Positions 29,947-38,841 of a DNA stretch of 64,000 nt are shown here, piece by piece. A program made the position numbers and the translations under genes. The notes beneath the pieces were generated by a model. The model was given only the letters and a program-made list of their open reading frames with translations, made no database searches and was not told where the DNA came from. Origin of the DNA: an uncultured Candidatus Poseidoniales archaeon (GTDB lineage Archaea > Thermoplasmatota > Poseidoniia > Poseidoniales > CAYMED01); contig CAYMED010000003.1 of NCBI GenBank assembly GCA_964389655.1, positions 1-64,000 on the forward strand, read 5' to 3'. Positions within the stretch are counted from its first letter, which is position 1. Each line of letters starts with the position of its first letter.

Positions 29947-32514
29947 GTGCCAACTGATTTGCAGCCAGAAGAGGCGGGTGCAAAACAACTATTTCCTGGT
30001 GTAGAAAAAAATATTGCTCGCTTTTTGAATAATGAATGGGGTATTGAACGACTTCACCCCCCACAAGTCAAAGCAATTGAAGTAACATTTAGCGGGAAAA
30101 ACGCAGTAATTGCTGTCCCAACCGCTTCAGGGAAGTCTCTGATCGCTTATTTGACAATTCTCCACCGCCAACGCACAAATGGATCTAGTGAAAGATCAAT
30201 CTACATTGTCCCACTCAAAGCACTAGCGAAGGAAAAATACGATGAGATCTCGTCGATAGGGAAGAAATCGGGATTATCTGTTGGGCTCGCAATTGGGGAT
30301 GATGGGGGCGAGACATCCCGAATTGATGATGCCGATATTGTTGTCTGCACTTCAGAAAAGCTTGATGCAATACTACGTCGAAAACCATCCTTTTTGGATC
30401 GGGTCGGCCTTGTCATTGCAGATGAAGTCCACCTTCTGCATGACAAAAGTCGAGGCCCGACTCTAGAAATGAATCTAGCGCGCATTCGCTATTTGGCACC
30501 CCATGCGCAGATTATTGCTCTTTCTGCAACAATTGGTAATGTTGATCAAGTAGCCAAATGGCTTGATGCTGAGAGCATCGTATCCGAATGGAGGCCAGTA
30601 CGATTGGAAATGGGAATACTTACCACTGACCATGTACACATATCGCGAGAGCGTTCGGAGGAGGGGACAGTTGATGGAAATGGTTCGGAAAGTCTCTCAG
30701 GAGAACATGTTGAACCACTTCATGACTATGTATCCAAAACGGTGAAAGAAGATGGACAAGTTCTGATATTTGTTAATGCTCGACGATCTGCAGCAAAAGT
30801 TGCTCGTGATCTAGCGACATGTTTTCGGAAGGGAGAGATTGTTACCAAAAATTCTGAGATTATGGTGAAAGAATGGTTAAATATAGAAGATGAGACAAAA
30901 TTATCGAGAGATCAAGCTAAAGCGCTTCTGTACGGTTCTGCATTCCACCATGCTGGCCTCACTTCTCGGCAGCGCTCATTCATAGAGACGATGTTTCGAA
31001 ATGGAAGAATTCGAGGGCTTGCTGCAACTCCAACACTTGCTGCAGGAGTTAACCTACCTGCTCGCAGCGTAGTAATCCGAGATATTAGGCGATGGGAAGG
31101 AGATGGAATGGGTTGGCTCAGTGTAATGGAAATCCATCAGATGCTCGGGCGCGCAGGAAGACCCGGCCTAGACCAAAAGGGCACTGCCTTGCTTTTCACT
31201 CGAGATGAAGCGATGGTGGATGAATTAACTGCTCGATACATACGAGCACCACCTGAATCAATTAGGTCAAAACTACACCAAGAGTCTGCCCTTCGAGTTC
31301 ATCTCCTCTCTACAATCGCAAGTGGATTTGCAGACCGTCTATCAACAACCTGCTCATTTTTCTCCAACACATTTCTAGGCCATACGTCTCAAGAATGGGA
31401 TCTATCAAGGAAAATTGAGACATCTATAGAGTGGCTTCTTGAACATGGTTTATTGGAGAGCGAGGTAGTGGATAATGGAGACACACTAGATGAACTAATA
31501 GTTCAAGCAGATACAGAGCCTCCCGCGTGGGTGCAAGTAGCACTAGCACAACAAGGAGTTGGATTTGCAGATGCAAACCAAAAATCATTGAGAAATGCAG
31601 TTTACAATTCAAAAGCGGAACAAAATGTCTCGTTTGGCTTTGTCCCCGCTAACATGCATAAGAGACAAAAAGATAGATCCTCTTTACAAAGAGTGAAGAA
31701 TGCACACGAAAAATTTCGAGTCACTGATTTTGGACGTACAGTCAATCGCCTCTACTTAGATCCATTATCCGGCGTCCGTTTGCGAAAATACCTCCGGCGC
31801 GCCATTCGGCGATTTGTTCGAGGAAAATCAGAGGGAAAAGTTACCGACGCAAGTATTCTGCATGCAATAGCACATGCGCCAGACTTCATACCTCTGCGCG
31901 CCAATAAAAGAGATCTTGACGCATTATTCGCATTTGGGGCAGATATAGAGCAGTCTCTATTGATAGACCATTCTGAAGCATCACTTGATGAGCATCAAAC
32001 TCTCCTCAAAGCATGCGCGGTTCTATGTGCATGGATTAATGAAAAAGAACTCGCTGAAGTTGAAGAAAAATACTCAATTTCACCTGGCGACTTACGGGCA
32101 AGAACAAATCTAGCCCGTTGGCTCCTATATGCTGCAAGAGAGATTATTCGAGCGGAAACAATATTTTCAGATGAGCACGAATCACCAGCAGAACAATTGA
32201 TTCTACATCTCGATTCTTTGCACTTGAGGATGCGCTATGGTTGTCATAAAGATGCAATACCTCTTATCCGAATAAGGGGGGTCGGGAGAAAACGTGCTAG
32301 AACACTAATTGAGGCAGGAATTACTTCAACTTCTAAATTAGCAGATCTCACTGAAAAGGGAAAACGGAAATTGCTTTCAAAGCGCGGATGGTCAAAATCA
32401 TTGATCGAGGCATTCCAGGTTGAGGCAAGAAAACTGGCAATTGATAGACCAAACAAGAAGCAGCAAAGATTACGAGATGATGACGCACCTCTGTTGGGGG
32501 AGGGAAATTCTTGA
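29947..32514 (+). CDS. hel308: Ski2-like DNA helicase Hel308/Hjm
   Basis: PTASGKS, DEVH, LSAT, FHHAGL, ATPTLAAGVNLPA, QMLGRAGRPG, LYLDP, GVGRKRARTL. Confidence 0.92.
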   Translation: MPTDLQPEEAGAKQLFPGVEKNIARFLNNEWGIERLHPPQVKAIEVTFSGKNAVIAVPTASGKSLIAYLTILHRQRTNGSSERSIYIVPLKALAKEKYDEISSIGKKSGLSVGLAIGDDGGETSRIDDADIVVCTSEKLDAILRRKPSFLDRVGLVIADEVHLLHDKSRGPTLEMNLARIRYLAPHAQIIALSATIGNVDQVAKWLDAESIVSEWRPVRLEMGILTTDHVHISRERSEEGTVDGNGSESLSGEHVEPLHDYVSKTVKEDGQVLIFVNARRSAAKVARDLATCFRKGEIVTKNSEIMVKEWLNIEDETKLSRDQAKALLYGSAFHHAGLTSRQRSFIETMFRNGRIRGLAATPTLAAGVNLPARSVVIRDIRRWEGDGMGWLSVMEIHQMLGRAGRPGLDQKGTALLFTRDEAMVDELTARYIRAPPESIRSKLHQESALRVHLLSTIASGFADRLSTTCSFFSNTFLGHTSQEWDLSRKIETSIEWLLEHGLLESEVVDNGDTLDELIVQADTEPPAWVQVALAQQGVGFADANQKSLRNAVYNSKAEQNVSFGFVPANMHKRQKDRSSLQRVKNAHEKFRVTDFGRTVNRLYLDPLSGVRLRKYLRRAIRRFVRGKSEGKVTDASILHAIAHAPDFIPLRANKRDLDALFAFGADIEQSLLIDHSEASLDEHQTLLKACAVLCAWINEKELAEVEEKYSISPGDLRARTNLARWLLYAAREIIRAETIFSDEHESPAEQLILHLDSLHLRMRYGCHKDAIPLIRIRGVGRKRARTLIEAGITSTSKLADLTEKGKRKLLSKRGWSKSLIEAFQVEARKLAIDRPNKKQQRLRDDDAPLLGEGNS

Positions 32515-33047
32515 AACCGATTATACCCCCATATCCTGCTTGGGGTCTCTTTTGGGATGAACCAATAAGTAACCCCCACGGCCTCATCGAAATACTTGGC
32601 AGTGAACGACCAGAGGATGGGTGGGCTCTTGTCAGCAGATCATGCCCTCTAGGTGATCGTCATTTGTGGTCTGCATGGTTGGATGTTCAACGAAGAAGCG
32701 CATGTAATGAGCAACTTGCTAAAGGGACTGATGTGGAAATGATACGGGCATTAGTTGGCACACGAGCAATTCGTTCAGCACTAGAAAAAGGATCACCAAG
32801 TGCAGGGGATCAAGAAGCTTGGCTCATCGCAGTGCCAGAATCAAATACTAATTTTGGGCATGATTTCGAATGGCCCCCTAATTCATGGCCCACGATTGAT
32901 TACACTACGATAGCACACTGGGCAACTCGCTTGACCTGTGCGCTTGGGGCATCAGTTATGCCTATACGCCCTGGTTTCCCGGCTAAGGGGGACGCCGTCC
33001 CATATGATGACCCCTCAATTCCATGGAAGTCATGGATCCAACCCTGA
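32511..33047 (+). CDS. cgi121: KEOPS complex subunit Cgi121-like protein
   Basis: HL.SA....R......LA....VE.I..L.GTR.I..AL pattern; directly downstream of hel308, a known archaeal arrangement. Confidence 0.65.
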   Translation: MKPIIPPYPAWGLFWDEPISNPHGLIEILGSERPEDGWALVSRSCPLGDRHLWSAWLDVQRRSACNEQLAKGTDVEMIRALVGTRAIRSALEKGSPSAGDQEAWLIAVPESNTNFGHDFEWPPNSWPTIDYTTIAHWATRLTCALGASVMPIRPGFPAKGDAVPYDDPSIPWKSWIQP

Positions 33048-33899
33048 TTGAATCAAACGACTTCGCCAATCAGAGTCTAAGGGATTAACTCCCTTGAAAT
33101 TGGACAGGATCTCTGCGCACACTGCTATTGCAATCTCGGCAGGGGTTTCTGCACCCAGTGACAAACCAATAGGACAGCGAGTTTGATCAATTACATCTTC
33201 ACTAATCCCATGCTCCAATGCAGTTTCTCTAAAGGCCTTCCATTTTGCCCGACTGCCAATGACTCCAATGTCGGTACGCAAAGAAGGTTCCTCCTTACTG
33301 GAGCGCTTTAGCAGAGCGATCAATAGAGATTCATCTATGGACCAATCGTGTCCCAAAAGCAAGGCATGCGATATGCGGTTCGGGTACGAATCAAATGCTG
33401 AAATTAGTTCATTGACATCACCGGCCCAAGCACCTTCTGCGGACTTAAATGGAGATTTTTCAACGAATTCTTGGCGCACATCAGCAACAATATAACTCCA
33501 ATCCAAATTGTCACAAAGAGCTGCAATTGCTTGACCGACATGGCCTGCACCCATGAGCAACACCCGAGGAGTGGGGAACAATGATTCCATCACGATCGTC
33601 ACTCTACCTCCGCAAAGGCTGTTTAGGGAGATTGCACCCTCTTTTTTAGAACCATTACTCAGCAAAAATGTTTCCACCTCGCCCTGCCTATTTCGCTCAG
33701 ATATGCGCTTTTTCAGACGTAATTCGATACCATGCTCTAATCCTGCCCCACCAACGGTCCCTTTGCGACTACCATCGCTGCAAATAGCCAAGCGAGCACC
33801 CACTTGACCTGGCACGCTGCCTGATGTTGTGATGACGCTTGCAATGGCAACGAGAAGCCCTTCATCGGCCCGGTCAAGGGCCCATTGCAATACTGACAT
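33030..33899 (-). CDS. XdhC/CoxI family molybdenum cofactor chaperone
   Basis: GSVP...GA, GTVGG, CGG, GAGHVG, IGSRAK, CPIGL.LGAETPAEIAIAV. Confidence 0.9.
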   Translation of the reverse strand: MSVLQWALDRADEGLLVAIASVITTSGSVPGQVGARLAICSDGSRKGTVGGAGLEHGIELRLKKRISERNRQGEVETFLLSNGSKKEGAISLNSLCGGRVTIVMESLFPTPRVLLMGAGHVGQAIAALCDNLDWSYIVADVRQEFVEKSPFKSAEGAWAGDVNELISAFDSYPNRISHALLLGHDWSIDESLLIALLKRSSKEEPSLRTDIGVIGSRAKWKAFRETALEHGISEDVIDQTRCPIGLSLGAETPAEIAIAVCAEILSNFKGVNPLDSDWRSRLIQSGLDP

Positions 33900-34514
33900 T
33901 TAGTTTTCACCACACAGGGTGTTTCGTAAGGATTTAAGCCATCGATCAAGACCTTCGAGGTCTGCTACTGAATCAACATTCAAGTGCAAAAATGGATCAT
34001 TAACTTCAAACCGTTCTTCTTTAATCAAATCACGCAAGGGCCTATCGGGTACTGCTGAAAGAACTTCTATAACATCATCTACTGAAACACGGATTGGATG
34101 CCCACCTTTTCTCTGGTAAGTAGGGACTCGAGTGGAAGATCCTGAAAGAAGATGCAAGATCGTCTTGCATGAAACACCTGGGCGGTCAATAGGAGCGATC
34201 AACAAGGGTACATACATACCACGTCGTTCAATGATTGATCTCATCCCAACTTGAATTGAACCGGTACGCCCCATTTGGGGTGATGGGTTCACCACAATGT
34301 GTGCCTCTGGAACTTCTTCGCACATTCGATCATGGTGCTCAGGTCGTGTGACAATTGTAACTTCACCATTGCAACTCTTGAAACGCTGACTGTATAGATG
34401 AATCAGGGTCTGCGTACCAATCTCCGAATCCACCTCAATGAAGGCTTTGGGAAATCCTAGTCGTTTGCTTGACCCTGCAGCAAGTATCAGCACATCGGTG
34501 CATGGGCTGGCCAT
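33900..34514 (-). CDS. nucleotidyltransferase, MocA/MobA-like (molybdenum cofactor cytidylyltransferase family)
   Basis: ILAAGSSKRLG.PKA, G...S...G, PIDRP, GHP, NVD...D; adjacent to xdhC. Confidence 0.8.
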   Translation of the reverse strand: MASPCTDVLILAAGSSKRLGFPKAFIEVDSEIGTQTLIHLYSQRFKSCNGEVTIVTRPEHHDRMCEEVPEAHIVVNPSPQMGRTGSIQVGMRSIIERRGMYVPLLIAPIDRPGVSCKTILHLLSGSSTRVPTYQRKGGHPIRVSVDDVIEVLSAVPDRPLRDLIKEERFEVNDPFLHLNVDSVADLEGLDRWLKSLRNTLCGEN

Positions 34515-34594
34515 TCTCTTGCTAATCCTCACACTACGCCGAAGGTGCTTCACCTCATAGGTGTCATCACACGTCCCATCGAGAGAATGAAACC

Positions 34595-35083
34595 ATGAAC
34601 AAGATACGGAAAATCATGGATCATATCTCTGATGCATGCGCGAGAATTGTGAATTTACTCCAGAACGAGCGTGATTGGATTGCGGCAATGGCGACCGTGG
34701 TATGTGAATTACACCACACACATGCTCATTTTCATTGGACGGGCTTTTACCGAGTCACTGAGCCAAACATGCTGAAAATTGGACCCTATCAGGGCACCCA
34801 TGGATGCATAGAAATACCATTTGACAAAGGTGTTTGTGGCGCGTGTGCTCGGAGTTTGAAAACCCAAATTGTACCAGACATATCTCTGCGCCAAGATCAC
34901 ATTGCCTGCTCTAGTTCTACACAATCAGAAGTAGTAGTTCCTGTGATCACGCCTGATGGAGCGTTAATTGCAGTTCTAGATGTCGATAGCAATAACCCGG
35001 ATGCATTTTCAACTAATGATGTTGAAATGCTCGAAGAAATATGCGACATGTTGGGGTCACGATATCGAGATCAGGAACTTTGA
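34595..35083 (+). CDS. msrC: GAF-domain free methionine-(R)-sulfoxide reductase
   Basis: WTGFY, GPYQG..GC..I...GVCG, HIAC....SEVVVP, VLDVDS. Confidence 0.85.
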   Translation: MNKIRKIMDHISDACARIVNLLQNERDWIAAMATVVCELHHTHAHFHWTGFYRVTEPNMLKIGPYQGTHGCIEIPFDKGVCGACARSLKTQIVPDISLRQDHIACSSSTQSEVVVPVITPDGALIAVLDVDSNNPDAFSTNDVEMLEEICDMLGSRYRDQEL

Positions 35084-35149
35084 TGATACCTCATAAAACA
35101 CACCAGGTGGATGCATAAGTTTCATCCACTCTGACTTTAGGTCGAAATT

Positions 35150-36337
35150 GTGGCGATCTTGTTTGCACCCGGGCTTTGGATGACTGCGAGTGTGTGTGCA
35201 CTTCTTGGGAGCCCTCTCCTGCTATATCTTTCCCTATTGACATATAGAGCACGCCCTGAAGATCCTGAAAATCGTTTCATCGCATTGATGTTGGCTGCTG
35301 AAGGAATTGCAACTCTCGTCTTTTTTGTCCCCTTCGGTTTCCCAGTCCATGCGGGATCGGTCTTACCTGCACAAGTCATCCAGAATTTCATGCCATTAGC
35401 ATTTACATTCATGCCATTCGCGTATCTCGCATTTGCAGGGACGTTAAAGTCCCCCTTGGCAAAGCCATTCTCTCACCCTAAAGTCCAACTCGGTATGGTG
35501 ACCTTAGGGTTAGTATTGGGAGTTCATCAATTCATCAGCGGATGGAATGAATTCATGTATGTTGCAGTCATTCCAGAAAAAGCAGGCCTTGGATTTGGCC
35601 AAGGCGGATTCTTTTTACTTACGATGATTGCAATGCTATTTATCAACCTCTACCTCATCATAACCCTATTCTTCACCCGAAACAAATACGATTTAGGAAG
35701 TGCGGACAGGATTCGTATTCGCTCCTATTTGACGGGTTATGCACTTCGATATTTGTTTGTTTTTGGCTCCTTCGGATCGTACTTTTTGTATCGATTTATT
35801 TTCCAAATTGAGGGAGTTCTTCCAACCACCACTGTAGGGATTATTCTAATATCTTACACACTAGGGAATATCGTCTTCGGAGTCATGTTTTCTCTTGGAA
35901 TCCTTAGAAGTCAAATTTTAGGAGTTGAACGGCTTTTCAAGACAAACATCAATCGGGCTGCGATGGGGGGGGTTCTGTTATCCGTATTCTTCCTAAGTGT
36001 TGAAATCCTCCAAAACTATATTTCCTCCGCGTATGGATACATTGGAGGGATGTCAATTACAGGAGTGATGATGATCGCAAGAGTACCTATGATGAAAGCG
36101 ATCGACAGAGGTACTGATTCTGTCGTCCAAAACACACTTGATCTTGAAGAAAATGGCGCTGACCTCTATCGCGAACAATATGAGATGGCAATGGCTGATG
36201 GCGTGATTAATTCCATGGAACGAAGCATGCTAAGGTTGACCGCGAAAGCGCTTGGTTTGACAACTAGCACGGTTGAAGAGATTGAAAAAGAAATTAATTT
36301 GTCCAAAAAAGACCAAGTATCTGCCGCAGAAGAATAG
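35150..36337 (+). CDS. multi-pass (7TM-sensor-like) membrane protein with C-terminal TerB-like unit
   Basis: About 8-9 hydrophobic helices, P...ENR.. loop; C-terminal Y..QY..A.ADGVI...ER.ML....ALGL. Confidence 0.7.
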   Translation: MAILFAPGLWMTASVCALLGSPLLLYLSLLTYRARPEDPENRFIALMLAAEGIATLVFFVPFGFPVHAGSVLPAQVIQNFMPLAFTFMPFAYLAFAGTLKSPLAKPFSHPKVQLGMVTLGLVLGVHQFISGWNEFMYVAVIPEKAGLGFGQGGFFLLTMIAMLFINLYLIITLFFTRNKYDLGSADRIRIRSYLTGYALRYLFVFGSFGSYFLYRFIFQIEGVLPTTTVGIILISYTLGNIVFGVMFSLGILRSQILGVERLFKTNINRAAMGGVLLSVFFLSVEILQNYISSAYGYIGGMSITGVMMIARVPMMKAIDRGTDSVVQNTLDLEENGADLYREQYEMAMADGVINSMERSMLRLTAKALGLTTSTVEEIEKEINLSKKDQVSAAEE

Positions 36338-36366
36338 TTACTCTAGAAATTCAAAGGGGAATAATA

Positions 36367-37515
36367 TCACACATTTCTAGTCATCTCACGCCCTATGATC
36401 ATTCTTTGTACTTGGCTTGACCCCTCATATATTTGCATCACCTTGGCAGCTCGCATCAATCTAGCCACGGGATATTCCTCTGAATAGCCATAGCCGCCAA
36501 AAACCTGGACGGCGTCCGTGGTAATTCTCATTGCAGCATCTGCAGCAAAACGCTTAGCATGGGCTGCTGCTTCCGTATTTCGAAGATTTTGATCCATCAT
36601 CCATGCTGCTTTCCAAGTGAGAAGACGGGAGGCTTCGATTTCAGTTTTCATATCAGAGAGCATAAATTGTATGGATTGGTGTTGATGTAGTTTTTTGCCA
36701 AAAGTTACCCGTTCATCAGCATATTGTAGCGCATGCTCCCAAGCAGCGCGACCAATCCCTGTTGCATGTGCTGCGATACTAGGGCGACTCACATCAAAAG
36801 CAGCCATTGCATTGAACCATCCACCTCCTTCTTTTCCCCCAACTAAATTTTCGGCTGGGATTTTTACATCCTCAAAGTTTACAGCGCGGGTATCCGATGC
36901 ACGTTGCCCCATGTTGTTCTCTTTCTTTCCAAGTGACACACCATCCCAATCAGCCTCTACAATGAAACCACTCATGCCTTTGTAACCAGCCGACTTATCC
37001 GTATAGGCTAGGACAAAAAACCAATCGGCTTGGCCCGCACCAGTTATCCACATTTTATTCCCATTTAGGACATAATGGTCACCCGATCGTACTGCTGTGC
37101 TCTCGATACTGGCAACATCACTTCCAGCACCAGGTTCAGTTACCGCATAAGCAGCAATCGAAGGCCGTTCAATTAACCATCCAAGATAGCGCTTTTTCTG
37201 CTCCTCAGTCCCACCAGTAATAATTGGGGCGGCGCTTAGACCATTTGAGTAAGCGGCAGTAGCAAAGCCCGGGTCACCCCAAGCCATTTCTTCCTGTACA
37301 AGCACCTCTGTAAGACAATCCATACCCATACCACCATAGGTTTCTGGAATATGCAAGTTCAGCAGACCAATGCTGTGAGCCTCCTCAATTGCCTGCAGCG
37401 GGAATTCGCTATTCTCATCCCATCTTTCGGCATTCGGGCGGATGTTTTCAAGTGCAAATTCGTGCGCAAGATCACGCATCATCTCTTGTTCTTCAGTGAG
37501 TAAGAAGTTGACCAC
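36367..37515 (-). CDS. acyl-CoA dehydrogenase
   Basis: AVTEPGAGSD, LNGNKMWIT, MGQRASDT, VQVFGGYGY, IYEGSSQVQR. Confidence 0.95.
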   Translation of the reverse strand: MVNFLLTEEQEMMRDLAHEFALENIRPNAERWDENSEFPLQAIEEAHSIGLLNLHIPETYGGMGMDCLTEVLVQEEMAWGDPGFATAAYSNGLSAAPIITGGTEEQKKRYLGWLIERPSIAAYAVTEPGAGSDVASIESTAVRSGDHYVLNGNKMWITGAGQADWFFVLAYTDKSAGYKGMSGFIVEADWDGVSLGKKENNMGQRASDTRAVNFEDVKIPAENLVGGKEGGGWFNAMAAFDVSRPSIAAHATGIGRAAWEHALQYADERVTFGKKLHQHQSIQFMLSDMKTEIEASRLLTWKAAWMMDQNLRNTEAAAHAKRFAADAAMRITTDAVQVFGGYGYSEEYPVARLMRAAKVMQIYEGSSQVQRMIIGREMTRNV

Positions 37516-37564
37516 AATAATCGCAGGAGCAACTCTCTCTTGATTTCTCCCACCAAATATCCTG

Positions 37565-38695
37565 TCAATGAGGTAGGAAGAGATAGACTTTCGTCAGCAA
37601 TCCTACCGTGAAAACCGTGTAAAATGCGACAAGTGCAAAACCCTCACCCCTTTGGAAGCGAAATGAAGTCCACATGAACAATAGAGCCATGATTGTCGAT
37701 ACCAAAGCGCCAGGAATTATCCATAATCGAATTGCGTGATAATTTGCCTCTGTTACTACAGTGGGGTCAAGAGAGATTGGGTAAATGATCGCGGCAATTC
37801 CGATGGATAGTAAAGGATCGGTGATATTTGAGCCGAGGAGCGTGCCTATCGCGACGCCTGCAGAACGATGTACGGCTGCTAAGCCAACGGCGAGTTCAGG
37901 CAGAGAGGTTCCTGCTGCTGCGATTGTGACGCCAATCATGGCTTCCGGCATGCCCAATGATTGAGCGATCGAAGAAGCAGAAGAAACCAAGTGGTTTGAA
38001 GCGAGAACTGCACATCCTAACCCAACAATCATCGTAAGCATAACTGCAAATCCGTCCCAAGGGACTGCATCGTCACCTTCTGTGTCCTGAACCTTTTCAG
38101 TTGTTGCCGTTTTCTCACTTCCGCGTCTAGTGATGAAGCCCAAATAAAATAAATAAACAAGGTACAAAGATACCAAGAGAATGCCTTCTGGACGTGAAAG
38201 TTCATTGTCAAACCAGATGAGGATTGTCAACAGAATAAGTGAGCCAAACATAATCATGCCATCTCGGCCAAGCCACCCGGGTTCAAGGTCAAGAGGCTTG
38301 ACCACTACGATAATGCCTAAAATAAGGGTTATTTGAACCAATACGGATCCATAAATATTACCCAGTGCAAAAGCAAGCATGCTTTTGGCTTCAGGGTTGG
38401 AACCAGCCTCAAAAGCCGCAGTACCTGTGATCATAATTTCGGGCAAGGAAGTACCAATCGATACGATCGTAAGTCCAATGATTAATTCACTCATTCCAAT
38501 TTTCCTCGCCAATGCTTTGGCGCCGTCTACGAAATAATCTGCAGAAGTTAGGAGAAGGCCAAGTGCGAGAAGAAGTATGATCCAGGCCTGGCCCCCATTT
38601 CTTACATCTAGTACAGACCCTCCACCAACAAGAAGGACTGCAAGAGCGAGAATAATATGGGTAGATCGGTCCTCAATAAGGGTCCATATGGACAT
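37565..38695 (-). CDS. Ca2+/Na+ antiporter (CaCA, YrbG-like)
   Basis: Two alpha repeats GTSLPE with GNIYGS and GTLLGSN; start may extend to an in-frame CTG at 38737. Confidence 0.9.
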   Translation of the reverse strand: MSIWTLIEDRSTHIILALAVLLVGGGSVLDVRNGGQAWIILLLALGLLLTSADYFVDGAKALARKIGMSELIIGLTIVSIGTSLPEIMITGTAAFEAGSNPEAKSMLAFALGNIYGSVLVQITLILGIIVVVKPLDLEPGWLGRDGMIMFGSLILLTILIWFDNELSRPEGILLVSLYLVYLFYLGFITRRGSEKTATTEKVQDTEGDDAVPWDGFAVMLTMIVGLGCAVLASNHLVSSASSIAQSLGMPEAMIGVTIAAAGTSLPELAVGLAAVHRSAGVAIGTLLGSNITDPLLSIGIAAIIYPISLDPTVVTEANYHAIRLWIIPGALVSTIMALLFMWTSFRFQRGEGFALVAFYTVFTVGLLTKVYLFLPH

Positions 38696-38841
38696 CCGTT
38701 CTGCGCCGGCTGATGCGTCTGTAGTCTCACTCTCCAGTGCGGATCCCCTCGCGCAGTCAAGTCACTTCCTTAAGGTAGTGGTGATCATTTTTGGCAGGAA
38801 TATTAGCGCGAGAACTGCTGATGCAAGGCCCCCATATGGGG

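Noticed and set aside
31450-31720. Intein in Hel308
   Set aside because: Lacks the C-terminal HN-C/S/T splice motif and is very short
35150-36337. Microbial rhodopsin
   Set aside because: No DxxxK retinal-binding motif or RYxDW helix-C motif
38696-38841. yybP-ykoY (Mn) riboswitch before the cation antiporter
   Set aside because: Only fragmentary similarity (GGGGA, GAGAC); the conserved loop sequences are absent
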